From Protoeuglena noctilucae (taxonomy: Eukaryota), in the NCBI GenBank assembly GCA_958009085.1, contig OY253682.1, positions 806,001-870,000 of the forward strand: a stretch of 64,000 nucleotides of DNA, read 5' to 3'. The stretch's first letter is position 1, and every line of letters begins with the position of its first letter. The notes beneath the pieces are model-generated. The model was not told the DNA's origin, ran no database searches, and was given only the letters and a program-made list of their open reading frames with translations. Made by a program: the position numbers and the translations under genes. This document shows positions 1-13,400 of the stretch, in pieces.

Positions 1-2341
1 GATGATGGAGTGAGATAGTGATAGTTACCAAACACTCATCTGCACCCCATCGCTCTATCAGCAACGCCCTCACCAGTTGCTACCGACACACCCATAGTTA
101 ATACTATCATCTCCACCCCCCACCTGCATCAGCACCGCCACCGCCGCCTCCCGGGCGTCCCCCGCCCGGGCCCTCTCCTCGTCCCGCAGCGCACGCAGAC
201 GACGCAAGTGGCTGACCTCGGCCGCCCCGCCCAGCCGCTGCTGGCCGTCGTTGCCGCGCTTGGACGAATGCACTGCGGACGTGGCACGGTGTGAGACGTC
301 TCATGGCATGGTGTGGTGCACGCGAATGATACTGCATAGCCAGGATTAGAACTAGCTACTACAACAGGTGCGGTGATCTGTGGAAGGGCGTGGGATGGGC
401 AGGGTAACACAAATGTCGCACTCATGCACACTGATGCCATGTTTAAACAGAACACCATCTACCCAGCCCACCCCTCACCTGGCATGTCGATGAGCGTCGT
501 GGGCACGATGGCGCCCTGCGGCTTCCCCCCCGACGCCACGATGAGCTCGTTGAGCCACTTGTGCACCCCGGACATGTTGCCCACGTTCAAGGGGCTGTGC
601 ACCGCCACGCCTGGCTCAGACCGGTAGGCTGGGGGGACAGGAGAGGGATGCATGGTTTGGTGCATGACCGTGTGCCATGATCCGTGTATCCATGGCAACC
701 TTGCCATCCATGCTCATGGCAGTCACTGCACCCCGTCACAGCACTGCAACTGCCCCCGTGCTACCCCCTTGCTTCCCTGTCATGCCCCTCCCTGCCCCTC
801 ACACCACCACCACCACCATCACTCACTGTAGTGCCCGTCCCGCGTGTCCCTCTCCTCCCCCGTGGCTGCCAGTATCTCCTGGCCTGACTCAGTGATCACG
901 TAGAAGCGCATCCCACGTCGCTGGTCCGAGTACATGGACTTCTCCACCCTGCAAACACGGCAGACAGTCCGAGTACATGAACTTCTCCACCCTGCAATCA
1001 CGGCAGACAGTCCGAGTACATGAACTTCTCCACCCTGCAGGTGGTGCCATTTCGCAAATACCGCATCCCACTTATACTGCTGAATGGTTGTTGAGCATCA
1101 GGTGACGTCTGGTTAACCGCACAGCCATGCGCCATGCACCCTCACCGGAACCCCGTCAGGACGACGGGGGCCTGCTCGGCTGCCTGGGGTGGCGCTCCCT
1201 GCCCCGAGTCAGCCGGCGCTGCCGCCGTTGCCACCGGCTCTGCCCCGGGGACACCCGCCCGGTGCCGGGACGCTGCCATGACCTGCATACGCGAGCGACA
1301 GAGTGAAAGGTGGTATTCGCTATGCATGCCTGGCTACCTGGCTGTGGCTGAAAGCGCGTGGCTGTCCATGCTTTTATCTTGATGACTCCCGAAGCACGAT
1401 TCCTTCTCATTTCCACTAATTCTAAGCCCGTCTTGCTCCCGCTACTACACCCACCTCGCCTCGCTTCCTGTAACCATGCCCAGCGCCCCTCGCCTGTTGG
1501 AGGAAGGCCATGAGCTCCTTGCGGTTGTGGGCGGACAGGGACCCGAACTGCTGCACGGCATCGGTGTTCTTGTAGTGGTAGTGGGCATCTCCTTGAGAGG
1601 TCTCCTCTCCCTCCGCAGCTGCGACCGGCGAGGGCAGAGGGCCACGTCGCACGGGCCAGGGTAGCGCGGCGGGTGCAGTGCGGATGAATGGCTAAAGGGC
1701 AGTCTGCGCCCACGACGCCCCGTGCAGCTCACCCAGCACGACGCGGCCCTCATTCGTGGTCAGGTAGTACTTGATGATGCGCGCCTTGCCCTTCTTGATT
1801 TTCTCCTCCTTGAAGTCCACGAAGAACTCGTTCGGGGCCAGGACGAGCGCCGGCGGCTGCGCGGGGCGAGGCCAGGGCGGGCGTGAGATGAGAAGGACTG
1901 CAGCATGAGCGCGAGCGCGAGCGCGGGAGGCTCGGGAAGTCCTGGTGCGGGTCGCCGGACCTCAAACATTGCTACATGAAACGGACCTCCCTGATTGTGG
2001 CGCAAAGGGACGCAGCGATGGCCACGAGGGCGCATCCCAGCGCTCCCGGCAGCGCCATCTCGCGCGCAGGCAAAACCATGCCAAGCCCACTTCACGGACG
2101 AAATTACGTGCTGAAACCAATTCAGCGGAGGCTGAAGCGGGCGCAGAGGATCCGTGGAGAGTCGCGGGGCGATCATTGCAGAAAAGGCGGGGCAGAATGA
2201 CACCTCCAAGACCACGCAAAGCGATGATGAGGCGGGGATTTGCACAGTAAGTACCGATAGCAGCTTGCAGCGCACATCCCGCTCCCAGCGCCCGCTCACC
2301 GGCGGCTCGGGGGCAGCGGGAGCTGGCTGCGGCGCCATCAT
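1..2341 (-). CDS. Spliced hypothetical protein with two tandem copies of a ~65-aa domain resembling the N-terminus of plant BAH/Agenet proteins; runs off the left edge
   Basis: Exons give copy 1 FKEEKIKKGKARIIKYYLTTNEGRVVL|VAAAEGEETSQGDAHYHYKNT..HNRKELMAFL and copy 2 FRVEKSMYSDQRRGMRFYVITESGQEILAATGEERDTRDGHYS|YRSE..NMSGVHKWL. Splice sites flank each exon. The family resemblance is from memory only. Confidence 0.6.
924..1039. repeat. 43-nt tandem repeat (about 2.7 copies) spanning a splice acceptor
   Basis: GTCCGAGTACATG(G/A)ACTTCTCCACCCTGCA starts at 924, 967 and 1010. On the minus strand each copy reads tgcag|GGTGGAGAAG. Confidence 0.95.
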
Positions 2342-2753
2342 GCGGAAGAAGGATAGCAGCGACATTCGAAACGCGGGAATCTAATCCGCGCTTAGATGAA
2401 CACTACCCCGTCCCGCTGGACCTTTGAAAGGCGCCTGCCGCGGACGCTAGGGTGAGACGGGCGTGTTTTGCTTGCAACAGGAACGGCAGAGCGCCCTTCA
2501 ATTTTCTCGGGGGCTCGCCGGTCTCAGCGATGACAGATTACCAAGGAACCGCGACAGTGAGCCATGGATTGCGACGATTTGCGAATGACGGGTTGATTTT
2601 GATGCTCCTTGCCAGTCAGCGCCGGTGCCCAATGCCAGCCACGCTCTCTCTTCAAGCCTAGCACAAGAACCCTGCCCATCCAGAGTCCTACGGCAGCCAA
2701 CCGCCTCCCTGGGCGTCGTTGCCGTCGTTAGGGTGGCCACACGGCGGATGGCC

Positions 2754-4117
2754 TCACATGGACCGGAACGGGTTGTCCTTCCCGTACACAGGCACGTCCC
2801 TGCGTGTCCACAAACGACGGTGAGCCGTCTTCACGCCATGCCTACCACCTTCCACAGCTGCACACGGGGCTTGCTCGCGTGCATCACACCGTCACCACCC
2901 GCGTCGCTGCCGCGAGCACTTGCCTGGGCCGATAGTCCATCACGTTCCGCATCAGACCCTGCCGAGGCGCGAAGGGCGGCAGCGGCTCCCCCTTGGCTAC
3001 CTCCCGCACCATCTGAACGAACATCCTGCATCCAAGCATGAAGTCATAGGTCATCGCACAAGGTCATGGATCCAAACTGCGCCCTTCTTCTCCCATGGCA
3101 ACCCACTTCGCGAGCACTGCATCGCTGCTACCACCCGGTGCCAGCCAACGGCCAGCTGCCCTTCACTTGTGCCACCGCGTGTCGTCCGTCAACTCCGGGT
3201 GGAATGCCGTGGCCAGGAGGTGGCCCTTGCGGACCGCCACGATCACGTTGTCCCTCCCGTACTTGGCGCGCTCCGCCTGCGGGGGCGAGATGCACGATGG
3301 CAGCTACAGCAACACGGCGCTGCGTGCAGAGACCCCGAGCAAGGGACCTGGGCACCACGCTCGCAGCCCCTTGCCTCGGTCAGGTGGTACCGCGCGAGCA
3401 CGTCGACACCGTCACTCGCGTCCAGGATGGCCGGCGCGCGGATGAAGAGCGCGCGGCAGGGCCCGGCCCCTGCGTCCGGTAATGTCGCGGGCGCTTCCAG
3501 GTCGCACTCGAACGAGTTGATCTGGGCCCCGAAGAAGTTGCGCGACACAGTCACGGGGAGTCCACCGAGCAGCGCCTGCCCCCCCTCCTTCGCGTTGTGG
3601 GCTCCGGACGCCAAAAAGATCATCCCCGCGCACGTGCCCCAGACGGGACGGCCGCGGCCCGCGAAAGAACGAAGCTCGTCGACGAGGCCCCATCGCTCAC
3701 ACACCAGCGCCATCGTCGTCGACTCCCCGCCGGGAATGATCAGCCCCTGCGGGGCGCGGACGCCAGGGAGCGCTCGGCCGCACGGCAGCCAAGCAAACGC
3801 GAGAAAGCCCGCGCTCGCCGCGCTCGACATCGGCGCAGCCAGTCCGCTGACACTTGGTCGGAGAGCGACGGCGCGCGGGCACGAAAACCTCCGTCGAGTG
3901 CGCCCGCATGAGCGGCCGGCGGAGAGCGCACGGCCACAAGCTCGCGAGGGACGCCCTCGCCGCGGCTGTTCACCTGGCAAGCATTCAGCTCCTCCTTCGT
4001 CCTGACCTCGATGGCCTGGACACCCGGGATGCGCGCCAGCGCCGTTAAGTGCTCCCGGTACGAGCCCTGGACGGCCAAGCACCCGACGCGCACCGGGGCC
4101 CCGTCTTCCACCGCCAT
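2754..4117 (-). CDS. PDX2: Pyridoxal 5'-phosphate synthase glutaminase subunit (5 exons)
   Basis: [37 protein letters not shown] (catalytic Cys), [28 protein letters not shown] (His-Glu); C-terminus [17 protein letters not shown]. Confidence 0.95.
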
Positions 4118-4705
4118 CTCACGCTACGCTGGGCGTCGAGAGCGGCGAGTTTGCGAGGTGACGCGACGGATCCCTGAGTGCTCGGACAGCGCAAATGGGG
4201 GCGAGCGTGCTGGTGTGCAACTGCCACTGGGTCCCTCGCCGCAGACTGCAATGCGCGGCTGCACAACTGCCATTGGGAGTGCAACGGGTAGTCGTGAGGT
4301 AGTTTGGACGACGCGTCGAACTGGGACCAGTCCAGTCAGGCAGTCAGGCAGGCGGTGGACCACTCCTGAGGGCATCATTGCGTTCCGCGATATCACAGTG
4401 ACCTGGTTTTGTTGCAAATATCCCCGGCTGCGCCACCGTAACTTGCTACCGAAGTGCGCCTGTCTCCGGAACATCGACCCCGGCCGTCCTGAGCATCGAG
4501 CCTCTCCCGCAAAGCTGCGATTGCTTTGTAGAATCAATTGCATCCTGTCAGGCCATTTCGTGAAGCGAACCTCGGAGGAGCTCTCTCCGCCGCTTGCTGG
4601 TCCTCCCGCATCTGTCTCGAGGTCCTGTTTGCGCCCTAGCGCGTGATGAGCCGCCACAGTGGGGTCATCTCATGGTAACAGCAGTCAGCAAGCGGTTGGC
4701 CTGAG

Positions 4706-6269
4706 ATGGAAGGCGGGGATGGCCTGGTGGGGTGGGGCGGGCCGCCAAGCGAGGAAGCTGCACCCGGCCTTTCCGGGCGGATCGCCGCGGCTTGTCCGAG
4801 AGTCAATACGCTGAACCGCATCCAGTCAACACGCCAGTTCACCTTCGAGGCGTCAGACCAGGAGATTCTGGCCATGGCGGTGCGGGGCCTTGCGAGCATG
4901 CGCACGCTGCGCCACCGCATCTGCGAGGGAAGTCCACTGTAAAAGCACGCTTCCTGCACACCTGCAGATGCAAGCGGGTGGCCTGGTCTCAGCGACCCAG
5001 CACGGCATGGCGGTTCTCTTGTCTGCGACGGCGACCGCCACCTTCTTTGCTGGGACCCACCTCGCGGAAATTCCCATTTCCCCGCCAGGCATCTCGCCAT
5101 GGTTCTCGTTGGCCTTGCAGGGCCCATGCGTGGTCCTGCACAGCCACCGTTTTGGCGAACCAAGCACCACAATCAGGTCAGCCCACACTCGCAGCTTCGT
5201 ATGGCATCCAGCGGGCGCATGAGCTCTCCCCAGCCCAGCTAGGCTCACTGACTCCTGCTTCGTTCTCCAACCCGTCCAGATTCGCTCAGGTCTGCTTGCG
5301 TGGTCGGCCTTCGGGACTCCACCGCGTTCCTGCCTACGCCCTGTCTCCAATGACGCAAGCCCAGGAGCTGAGCTGGGAGGCGGATGGCACGCGCTTCACC
5401 GCCCTGCACTTCTTCGACTCCATGACCCAGCAAGAAATCGCGTCCATCACTTCCTACCGAGATCGCCAGGCTTTCATCCGAGAGCTCTGTGTGCCCAGCG
5501 AGCATGTGACGGGACCCGCAGCCCAGCCCACACGTGCAGGCGCCCCCACTAGCCCTGAGGCAGCTGCGGTAGAGCCAAGGCTCGAGTCCGGCCAACCTGC
5601 GGAAGGTCTGCCGCCCCCCAGCCCCCTGGACGAGTTCAGCCCAGCACCGAAGCGGCCCAGGACCAGGCAAGCACAAGCAAGGGCAGCCCAGTGTTGCTGC
5701 CCATTAGTCGTGGCGCATGGCATCTATGCCGATCTGTCCCTCTCGCTCTCAATTGCAGCGGGCCACCTGCCTATCTGACCAAGATGGGACGCTCTGGGGA
5801 GCACCCATTCCATGCCAGCACATCGCGCCTCCCGACCTTCACACCCTCTGCATCGCACCAGCCTGGCACCTTCAGGTGCGTAGACGATGTCAGTGCTGTT
5901 GCTGGCCCGCTGGACTGAGCGGGGACTGGCACGTTCACGTTCCTGACCTCATCGCTGCTATTAAATTACGGTGGTTGTAACGTTGCTAGTATCTTACATA
6001 ACATGTCGGAACGCAGATCGACAGCGCTGAGGTGCAGTGATTGCGGGAACGCCCTATGCGCCCGCAGGCTCGCTCGCGGCCTGTGCTGGCCACCACCCTC
6101 AGCGGAGGGCACGCCGCCGGCCCCAGAGCCGCGGATCGCAAACGAGGCAGCCAGGGACAAGGACACGACGCCGAGAGTGGAGGAGGCGAAAGCCACGCCA
6201 TCTACGGCAGGGGCAGGCGCTGCTGGGCCCCACGCCACTCCCCCAACAGGAGTGCTGTCTCGCAACTAG
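4706..6269 (+). CDS. Hypothetical spliced protein; boundaries uncertain
   Basis: Protein-like segments (TLNRIQSTRQFTFEASDQEILAMAVRGLASM; QELSWEADGTRFTALHFFDSMTQQEIASITSYRDRQAFIREL) bordered by plausible splice sites. No family recognised. Confidence 0.35.
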
Positions 6270-6528
6270 GCTAGGCCATAGCCCACTCGCAGGGCACTAG
6301 CCCACGCCGGTCAGCCCGGTCCGCGACTCATGTGATACGTCACATCTCATGTGAGGCTGAAAGGATGCGGGAGCAGCACCGGGATAGTGTACTACACGCC
6401 GCGTCGCGTGGTGCGGCTGGTACCTGTCGTTACAGCGGCACGACGGGGCGAGAAAGAGTATCAGAGGAGTGACGGATGTGGAGCTACGGGCGCAGTCTCG
6501 GGAACACCGAGGTGACACAATGCAGACA

Positions 6529-8960
6529 TCAGTAGGCCCCTGTGGCCCAGGCGATGACGCCCAAGGCGCCGCCTCCCACCACCGTGGCCGGTGGCGGCAC
6601 CTTGAGCTGCTCCACCGCCACATACGAGATGATCATGATGCCCACGGCCCCGTTGGGGAACGTCAGGTTTGGGTTGCCCAGGATCCTGCGAGCACATGTA
6701 CGGTCGCAGCTCTCCTTTGTCAGCCCTGGTGGCGTGGCGTGTGCCATTTGCTACCTTCGCAGGCCAGCTCACCTCAGGAAGAGGGAGAAGACGGCGGCGA
6801 CCACGAGGCCCGCCGCGGAGGCGTTGAGGCCCGGCAACGCACGCCGGTACACGGGCAGCTGGCGGAACGAGCCCCAGAAGGGGAGGGTGCCGTAGATGAG
6901 CAGCAGACCGGGGGCGAACAGGCCCACCCAGCAGACGGCCGTCCCCACGATGAAGCTGCGGGGAAGGAAGAGCGCACGTGGGGGTTGTTCGTGGGGGCGG
7001 TAAGTGAGCGTACGCCTGACCCAGGCGTCGCAAGCCGACCAAGGTCCTGCAACAACGCCAACATACAGGCGTCATTGCCCAATGCCCAATGCCCTCTGCT
7101 CGCCTGAACCCCGCCCGCATGGCCATGATGGCCCCCAGGTACGCGGAGAAGTTGAACAGCGGCCCCGGCATGGCCTGCACCATGCCCAGCCCCGCCAGGA
7201 ACTGCTCCAGGGTGACCCACGAGTCGGGCGTGTCCGTGCACACTTGCGAACCCGTGCTGTCTGCGGGCGGCATCGTGGTGGCCATGGTGTGCGACGAGAG
7301 ACAGGATGAAGAGCGCCGCGTTCGGATGGCGTCTTAGCAACGTGTCATTGCCTAATACTTTAGCACGACAATTGCAGGCATGGTTCAGATGGTCCCATGA
7401 CAAACAAGAGGTTTGGCGTGACCGAGGTCGTGATCGTGAGTGGCTCTCACCCGTGACGCACGTCTGCGTGACCGTCTCGGTGATGAGCATGGGCAGCACC
7501 ACCTGGCCCCCTCCGAAGATGATGGACCCGATGCGATAGAAGGTCTCGAACTGCGCTCACGAGAGGAGTGTGTAGACCAGGGTTGGTCGCCCACCATGGG
7601 TTGCCACATGGTACTAGCCAGCAACCACGTGCATGCACACTAGTGTGACCTAGCAAGGGCCTGCAAGGGTGTTAGTGGCGCGAGTCTTGCACGCAGCCTG
7701 AGTCGTGCACGCAGCCTCACCCAGTGCAGGGGCTTGATGGACTTGTGGGCGTAGTTGGTCTGCGAGCGTGCCACAATGACGCCCACCAGCACCCCCGCCC
7801 ACAGGAACCAGAGCACAGCGCCGCCGATCTTGTTGAAGCCGAGACGATCGACTCGCTCCCCGTACTCGGAGGCCTTGATGGGCTCCTTGCGGCGCTCGAC
7901 CCACGACACGATGCCACCGAACAGGATGAGCACGGGGAACACCCACGTCTTGGGGTAGTAGAAGGCGAAGACGGCCGAGATGCCTGCAAGAACCTGTTGG
8001 ACGGGAAGGGAGTGGGCTTGCAGAACGGCTATAGCAGCTGGGTTGACGCCTCATCCCACACACATGCTGAAGCACATGGCAAGTCATGGTTGCTGTGCCT
8101 GGCCCTGTGGCGTGCATTGCATCGAGATGATGAGCGTCTGTGCGCTTGCCTGGAGCGTCCTGGTGGGGCAGAGCTTGGTGAGGAGGGCCACGGCCGCGCC
8201 CGCCACCAGGGCAACACCCGTGGAGCCGAAGCCAAACGCCATGGCCTGCAGCCACGCGGCGGGGTGCACCAGGTACTTGGCCGCCACGGCCCCGAGCACC
8301 GTCATCATGACCAGGCCGGGGTACTGGAAGAGGATGCCGGAGAGAAGCCCCCCGGGGATGCCACGCTTGGTCACGCCAATGGCGAAGGACATCTGCGGTG
8401 CGCCGAGATGAGCAGGCGCTTTGCGGAAGGCGCAATGCCACGTCTGTATGTCAAGGATCATACGCACAGCACTACAAACGCGCACTCTCGCTCGCCTGCG
8501 TGGAGGTCGGCCCTGGCAGGCACTGCCCCAGGGCGAGGAGCTCCGTGAAGACCGTCATGGACATCCAGTGCAGGCGCTCGACGAACATCTTCTGAAAAAT
8601 GACAATGTGCGTGGAGGGGCCCGCCTGCGGCAAGGGCGGGGCTTACATAGCGCGCAGGGCCTCTGTTCTCACAAATGTGATGCGGCACCCCGCGCGGCCG
8701 CACCAAAGCCCGTCCACCCGAGAAGAACGAATCGGGAGAAAATTTCCCAGTAGCCAGCATCCTGAAAGCCTGGCTCCTTGGTTGCCTCTTCTTGGCCAGC
8801 CTCTGTGTCCCTTTGCGGTGAAGAGTCCTGTGCGCGCTGGCCGGACGGAAGGAATCCAAGAAATGTGGAGCTATCGATCCGCTGTCCTAAATCAAGTACC
8901 GAAGTGGGAGGCGCGGCATCTGATTCTCACCTCGCTGTCTGGACCGTCCGCTCGCGCCAT
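6529..8960 (-). CDS. Long-chain chromate ion transporter (CHR family), multi-exon
   Basis: Two CHR halves: LLGWTGFG|GPSTHI..ELLALGQCLPGPTSTQ|MSFAIG and GSIIFGGGQVVLPML..FLAGLGMVQAMPGPLFNFSAYLGA; many TM segments. Confidence 0.92.
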
Positions 8961-9771
8961 CTTCCCTCTGCTGTGCGAGTGCGTGGGAGGTACTCCGTTT
9001 ATTGCACGTTTCCGCTTTCAAGAGGCTATCAGATGTGACCACGTAAATGCATTCGGGGCCCTGATGTAGCGAATCCTGAGCATGGCTTTTGCCAGTGAGG
9101 CGCCGTGCTTCATCTCGAACCGATGGTCGCGCCCTTCCCTTGCGCTGACAACCAGTGAGGGGTAAACGTAAAACAAATTACCTGCCCTGCCTTCGCAGAG
9201 CGCCTCTTGATAAACTTTCCACCGGGCAGGAGATCGCATTCGCGACGCGGCCTAGCGTGTGCAAGCTTGGCACATGCAAACCCATGGCAGCGTTTGCCTG
9301 GAAAGCTCAGGGGCTACGCGGAGAGATGACATATCTCGCCCGCGTTTTCATCTTGGAAGCATCGCCGTCCTCTTGAGATCCTCGCGGTGCCAAGCAGGAA
9401 GAGGAGGCCAGGAACTGACAGCAAAAGCTGCTCAACCTCTGCAGTTTGGCGGCTTAACAGCCATGATGCACACGCGGTAGGCATAAATATCATGGCTACA
9501 GTTACGTAACATAGAGTTCATGGACTCAGCCACGTCCATGTTGCGGGGAAGGGCTTGTGACCCCCCAACTCGGACTTCTCCCTCCGCGCCAATCCCGGGG
9601 ATGACAGTCAGCTAAGCGTACACTTCCAAGTCAAGGCACTAATGTTAAAGAGCCAAGCGAACGGTCCCAGGAAAATATGCAGGCAATATTTGACACTGTC
9701 ACAAAACCCAAGACTTACAGGACTACCTAGCTTCATCGGGAAAACCCGGCGATTTGACGTCACTCGGATCA

Positions 9772-9885
9772 GAAGGATCGCGGGAATCACTGGACTCATC
9801 CCAGTGATCCCCGGGAATCGCCGGGATCATCCCCGTGATCCCGGCGATCCCCGCCACTGCCGCAGTGATCCCAGCGATCCCGGGC
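9772..9885. repeat. Left subterminal repeat array of the transposon
   Basis: Multiple direct and inverted copies of G(T/C)GATCCC / GGGATC / GGAATC. Confidence 0.85.
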
Positions 9886-10425
9886 CGCGGCCCTGACGCG
9901 CGTGCGCGCCCCCGCGTTTGCTCAGGGGGCTCGAGAGGAGGCGGAGAGACCGCACATTTGCTAGTTGGTGCTAATGACTGCCTCGGAGGCCCCTCTCGCG
10001 TCCTAAAGCTTGCTCCAGCATGCAGACGGGGGCCGTCGACGCATCCGGGGTCCGCTTCCCCTGCGCCGCCGCTGTTCAACGTGAGATGTCCATATCTATG
10101 CGATGAGCGGGAGCTCGCGGGCTCGCCGGGCCCCCGGGGGCGCCGGGGAGGTCCCCGTGCTCGACCAGGCCTACCGCCGCCGCGGCCGCGATCGGGCACG
10201 CAGCGCTTGGCCTATGGATTGAGGTGACCTAAATCTCGCTAGCTGCGGCGCCTTTGCCGGCTACGCCGCACGGAGGTGGCTGCTGCATGGGAGGTGAGCC
10301 GTCCCCGCCGTCATGGCGCTGCGGATGGGGGCGCGGGGCTGGCTTCGGAGAATTATCTCGATACAGATGACATCGCCGGCGTCGGGGACCTGGCACCGCG
10401 AGCATCGGGGAGCTCCTGGGGTCAC

Positions 10426-13400
10426 CTACTCCTCGCCGCCGCTGGCGTGCTCCCAGACCTGCTGCACGTGGCCGCAGTGAAGAAGCTTCCCAGCAACTTT
10501 CACGGCGTGAAGCTGCCGCCGAAGGTTGCGGAGGGGCACGCACTTCAGAGCCTCGCCCTCCGCAGGCTCCAGGAGCGACAGCTGGGGAGGCTGCAGCGCT
10601 CCCAGGTTGGTGTAGAACGACAAGCACTGGTTGGACAGGTACCTCAGGTCGCATGGGGCCCTGTGCACCGGGGCCACCAGGGCGCAGAGGAAGGTCCCGG
10701 CACCGGAGCTGGTCTTCGCCTCAACCCCGCACACGACCCTGCCCGTCTGCAGCGTGCCCCTGTCCGGGAGGTACTCGACGAAGGACAGGGTCTCGTCGGT
10801 GGCGACGATCCTGGCCCGGTCCCCGCTGGCCGTCCCGATCTCGACCGTGGAGGTCAGCGCGACCTCGCCCAAGACGTGGCAGGGAAGCCCCGCGCCCTTG
10901 AGGGCGTTCAGGAGGTCCGCCTTAGAAACGAAGTCTTCCGCGCGTCCCTCGCTGCACAGGTCGTTCTTCTTCAGGACGGTCTTCACGCCCTTCACTTGGT
11001 CCTCGGGCTGGGACGGGACCGGCTGCTCCGCCCTCGCCCGGCTCTTGATGACGGAGGCCGCCCTCTGAGAGATGACGCTGGTGCTCGCCTGCGACAGGGC
11101 TCGGGGGTCAGTCCAGCGCGGCTCAGCATGGCACGCGGGTCGAGCGCCGTGCGACCGCATCGAGACGTGTGAGTCGCAAGAAACGCGTCCTGCGTGGGCA
11201 TCCCCGCGTCGCCTACGCTGGGCGGCGCTTCTTGCCTGTACCTGCACGTCGCCCTTGCCGTTCGTGCGCGCGTTGGCAATGGGCTTGTGCATGCGCTCGG
11301 CGTCGTTCATGCTGCCCAACATGATGGAGCCGTTCCTCGCCACCACTGCAGGGAAATGCGAAAGCGCGTGGCACTTCTGGCTGTTCTCGATCTTGCTGAA
11401 GAGGGGCTTCTCCGTGCGGACGATTTCGTGGCCACGCAGCAGCGTCTTGAGCACGACCTGCGGCGACACGGCAGCGACAAGGCTTCCAGAGTGAGTAAGG
11501 GGCAGCGAACGATGGGCTGGTGTTGGAGAAGGCCTCACGTGGAGGACCTTATTCAGCTGCGCGTCCGCCGCCTGCGCCCCTGCGATGGTGGCGCTCTCCA
11601 GGGACCATTCGGCATAGAGCTGAAGGCATGCCAGGGCTACGGCCACGAGCCCAACCCTCTCGTCGTGCACGTCTTTGCTGCCCGTAGGCTCTGCAAGGGA
11701 TGTGGTGGTGGGGAAACACTCCCGGGGTTCCCCGGCCCGCATCGCGATACCCGCAGCTCCTCCCGATGCCCTCGCAGCGCTGACTGTCGGCCTCGCCTCG
11801 AGAGAAGAGCTCGACGAGGGCGAAAGGCAGAGCTTGGATCAAGAACCTCGCCTCGTACGCCTTTATCTTCCCAAACGGGTCCACGAGGCTCAGCACGATC
11901 TGGAAGGTCTCGCCCCACGGACGGGCGTGGATCCATGCCGGGGCCTGCGCTCCACCCACACGACGATGGACATGCCAGGTGAATACCGAGCAGCTGCGGC
12001 GCCACTGCAGGCAACGCACGCCATTGCCTGACCTGCAGCTCACCTTGGCATCCGCAATGATCGATGCGAACGCAGCCAAGAGGGCGTTTGCCTTTGTCGC
12101 AGACTCTCCCGCTGCCGCGTTGTTGTAGAGGACGGTCAGTATGCAGAAGGGAACAGTCTTGCCCAACATTCCCAGTTCCACGGTGTGCATGGGGTCAGGT
12201 GCTTGGCCCTGATACAAGTCCGACCCGAACTCGTCCCAGTACGACAGGGCAGGAACCACAGGATGAATTTTGCTCTCCCTGGCTTGTTCGTTGGCCCTGG
12301 CCGTCCCCACGTCCCTCCTCAAGCGCAGGATGTGCTGCACCTGGAGGCGATGCAGCGCGACGGTGCGAGGCGTGCGGCAGTCATCCTGGAGGCACAGCGG
12401 GCACGACCTGACGGCCAGCGTGGACGAGTTGGCCATCATGTCGTTCAGCTGCGCCGCCAAGACGGGAAAGACGATGACTCTCCCGACGTCGGGGAGGGTC
12501 ATCCACACCCCACCGGACCTCGCCACGCCAATCAGCTGCCGGTCCACGGCAGCCAGCCGCCGCTGGATGGCCTCTCTGTTGTTCAGGTCTGCCTGTGACC
12601 CCGGAGTGATCCCGGACACCTGCGGGGGCCTCGAGCGACAACTCATACACGCGGCGTGGTGGTGGACGTGTGGGCTGCAACGCCGGCAATCCTCCTCTCG
12701 CCTTCATGGACTCGACGGTGGCCACGGTTCGCGGCGTCCCTGTCCTCACGGCCTTGCAAGGCGACAGGAGGTGCATGTGGATGGGCGTCGTCGATGCGCC
12801 CTTGGTCATCTCCACCCCGTCGATGCTGTACGCGACGGGCACGAGGAGCAGCCGGGCGTGCAGCTCGGGGCGGACTTTGCCAGCGACAGCCTCGGCTATG
12901 TCGCTATACCCCTTCGCCCGGGAGAAGGTGAGCTTCTCGTGGATGCTGGGATGCGTCTCATGTGGTCTCGCCCGCGCCTGGCGTGACCGTTCCCGTGCCT
13001 CGCTGAAGTCTCGCATCAACTTAACGAGCGTCTTGGGCTTGATCTGCTCCGCGTGCACCAGCATGTCCCTCAGCACCGTTATCGTTTGGTAGATGATGGT
13101 TGTGCTGCCCTCCTCTTGCAAAACCTGCAGGCCGTGCGTGCACTGGTTGGCGTCAGCCCCCTCGGCCGCGTCCGAGGCCCTCGACACAAGCGGCACCGCG
13201 GCGTGACGCACCTCGTACTGGCCATGGATGCTGTTGAGTGAGGTGTGGAACGTGCGGTGGGAGCGCCCGAGGTCGAGAAGGTCGTCGCGGATGTCGGGGC
13301 GCAGCTTCACGAAGCAATCGAAATGCGCTGCCGTCAGCGATGCCATGAACTGCGCCCCTGCTTCAAGTTGGCTCAGGTACTCATCGTCACTGTCCCTGCT

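Noticed and set aside
924..1039. CRISPR-like or minisatellite-encoded peptide repeat
   Set aside because: It is a plain tandem repeat without unique spacers, and the 43-nt period breaks the frame.
12381..12701. Programmed frameshift or pseudogenisation in the transposase
   Set aside because: The frame changes are explained by GC-AG introns with matching phases.
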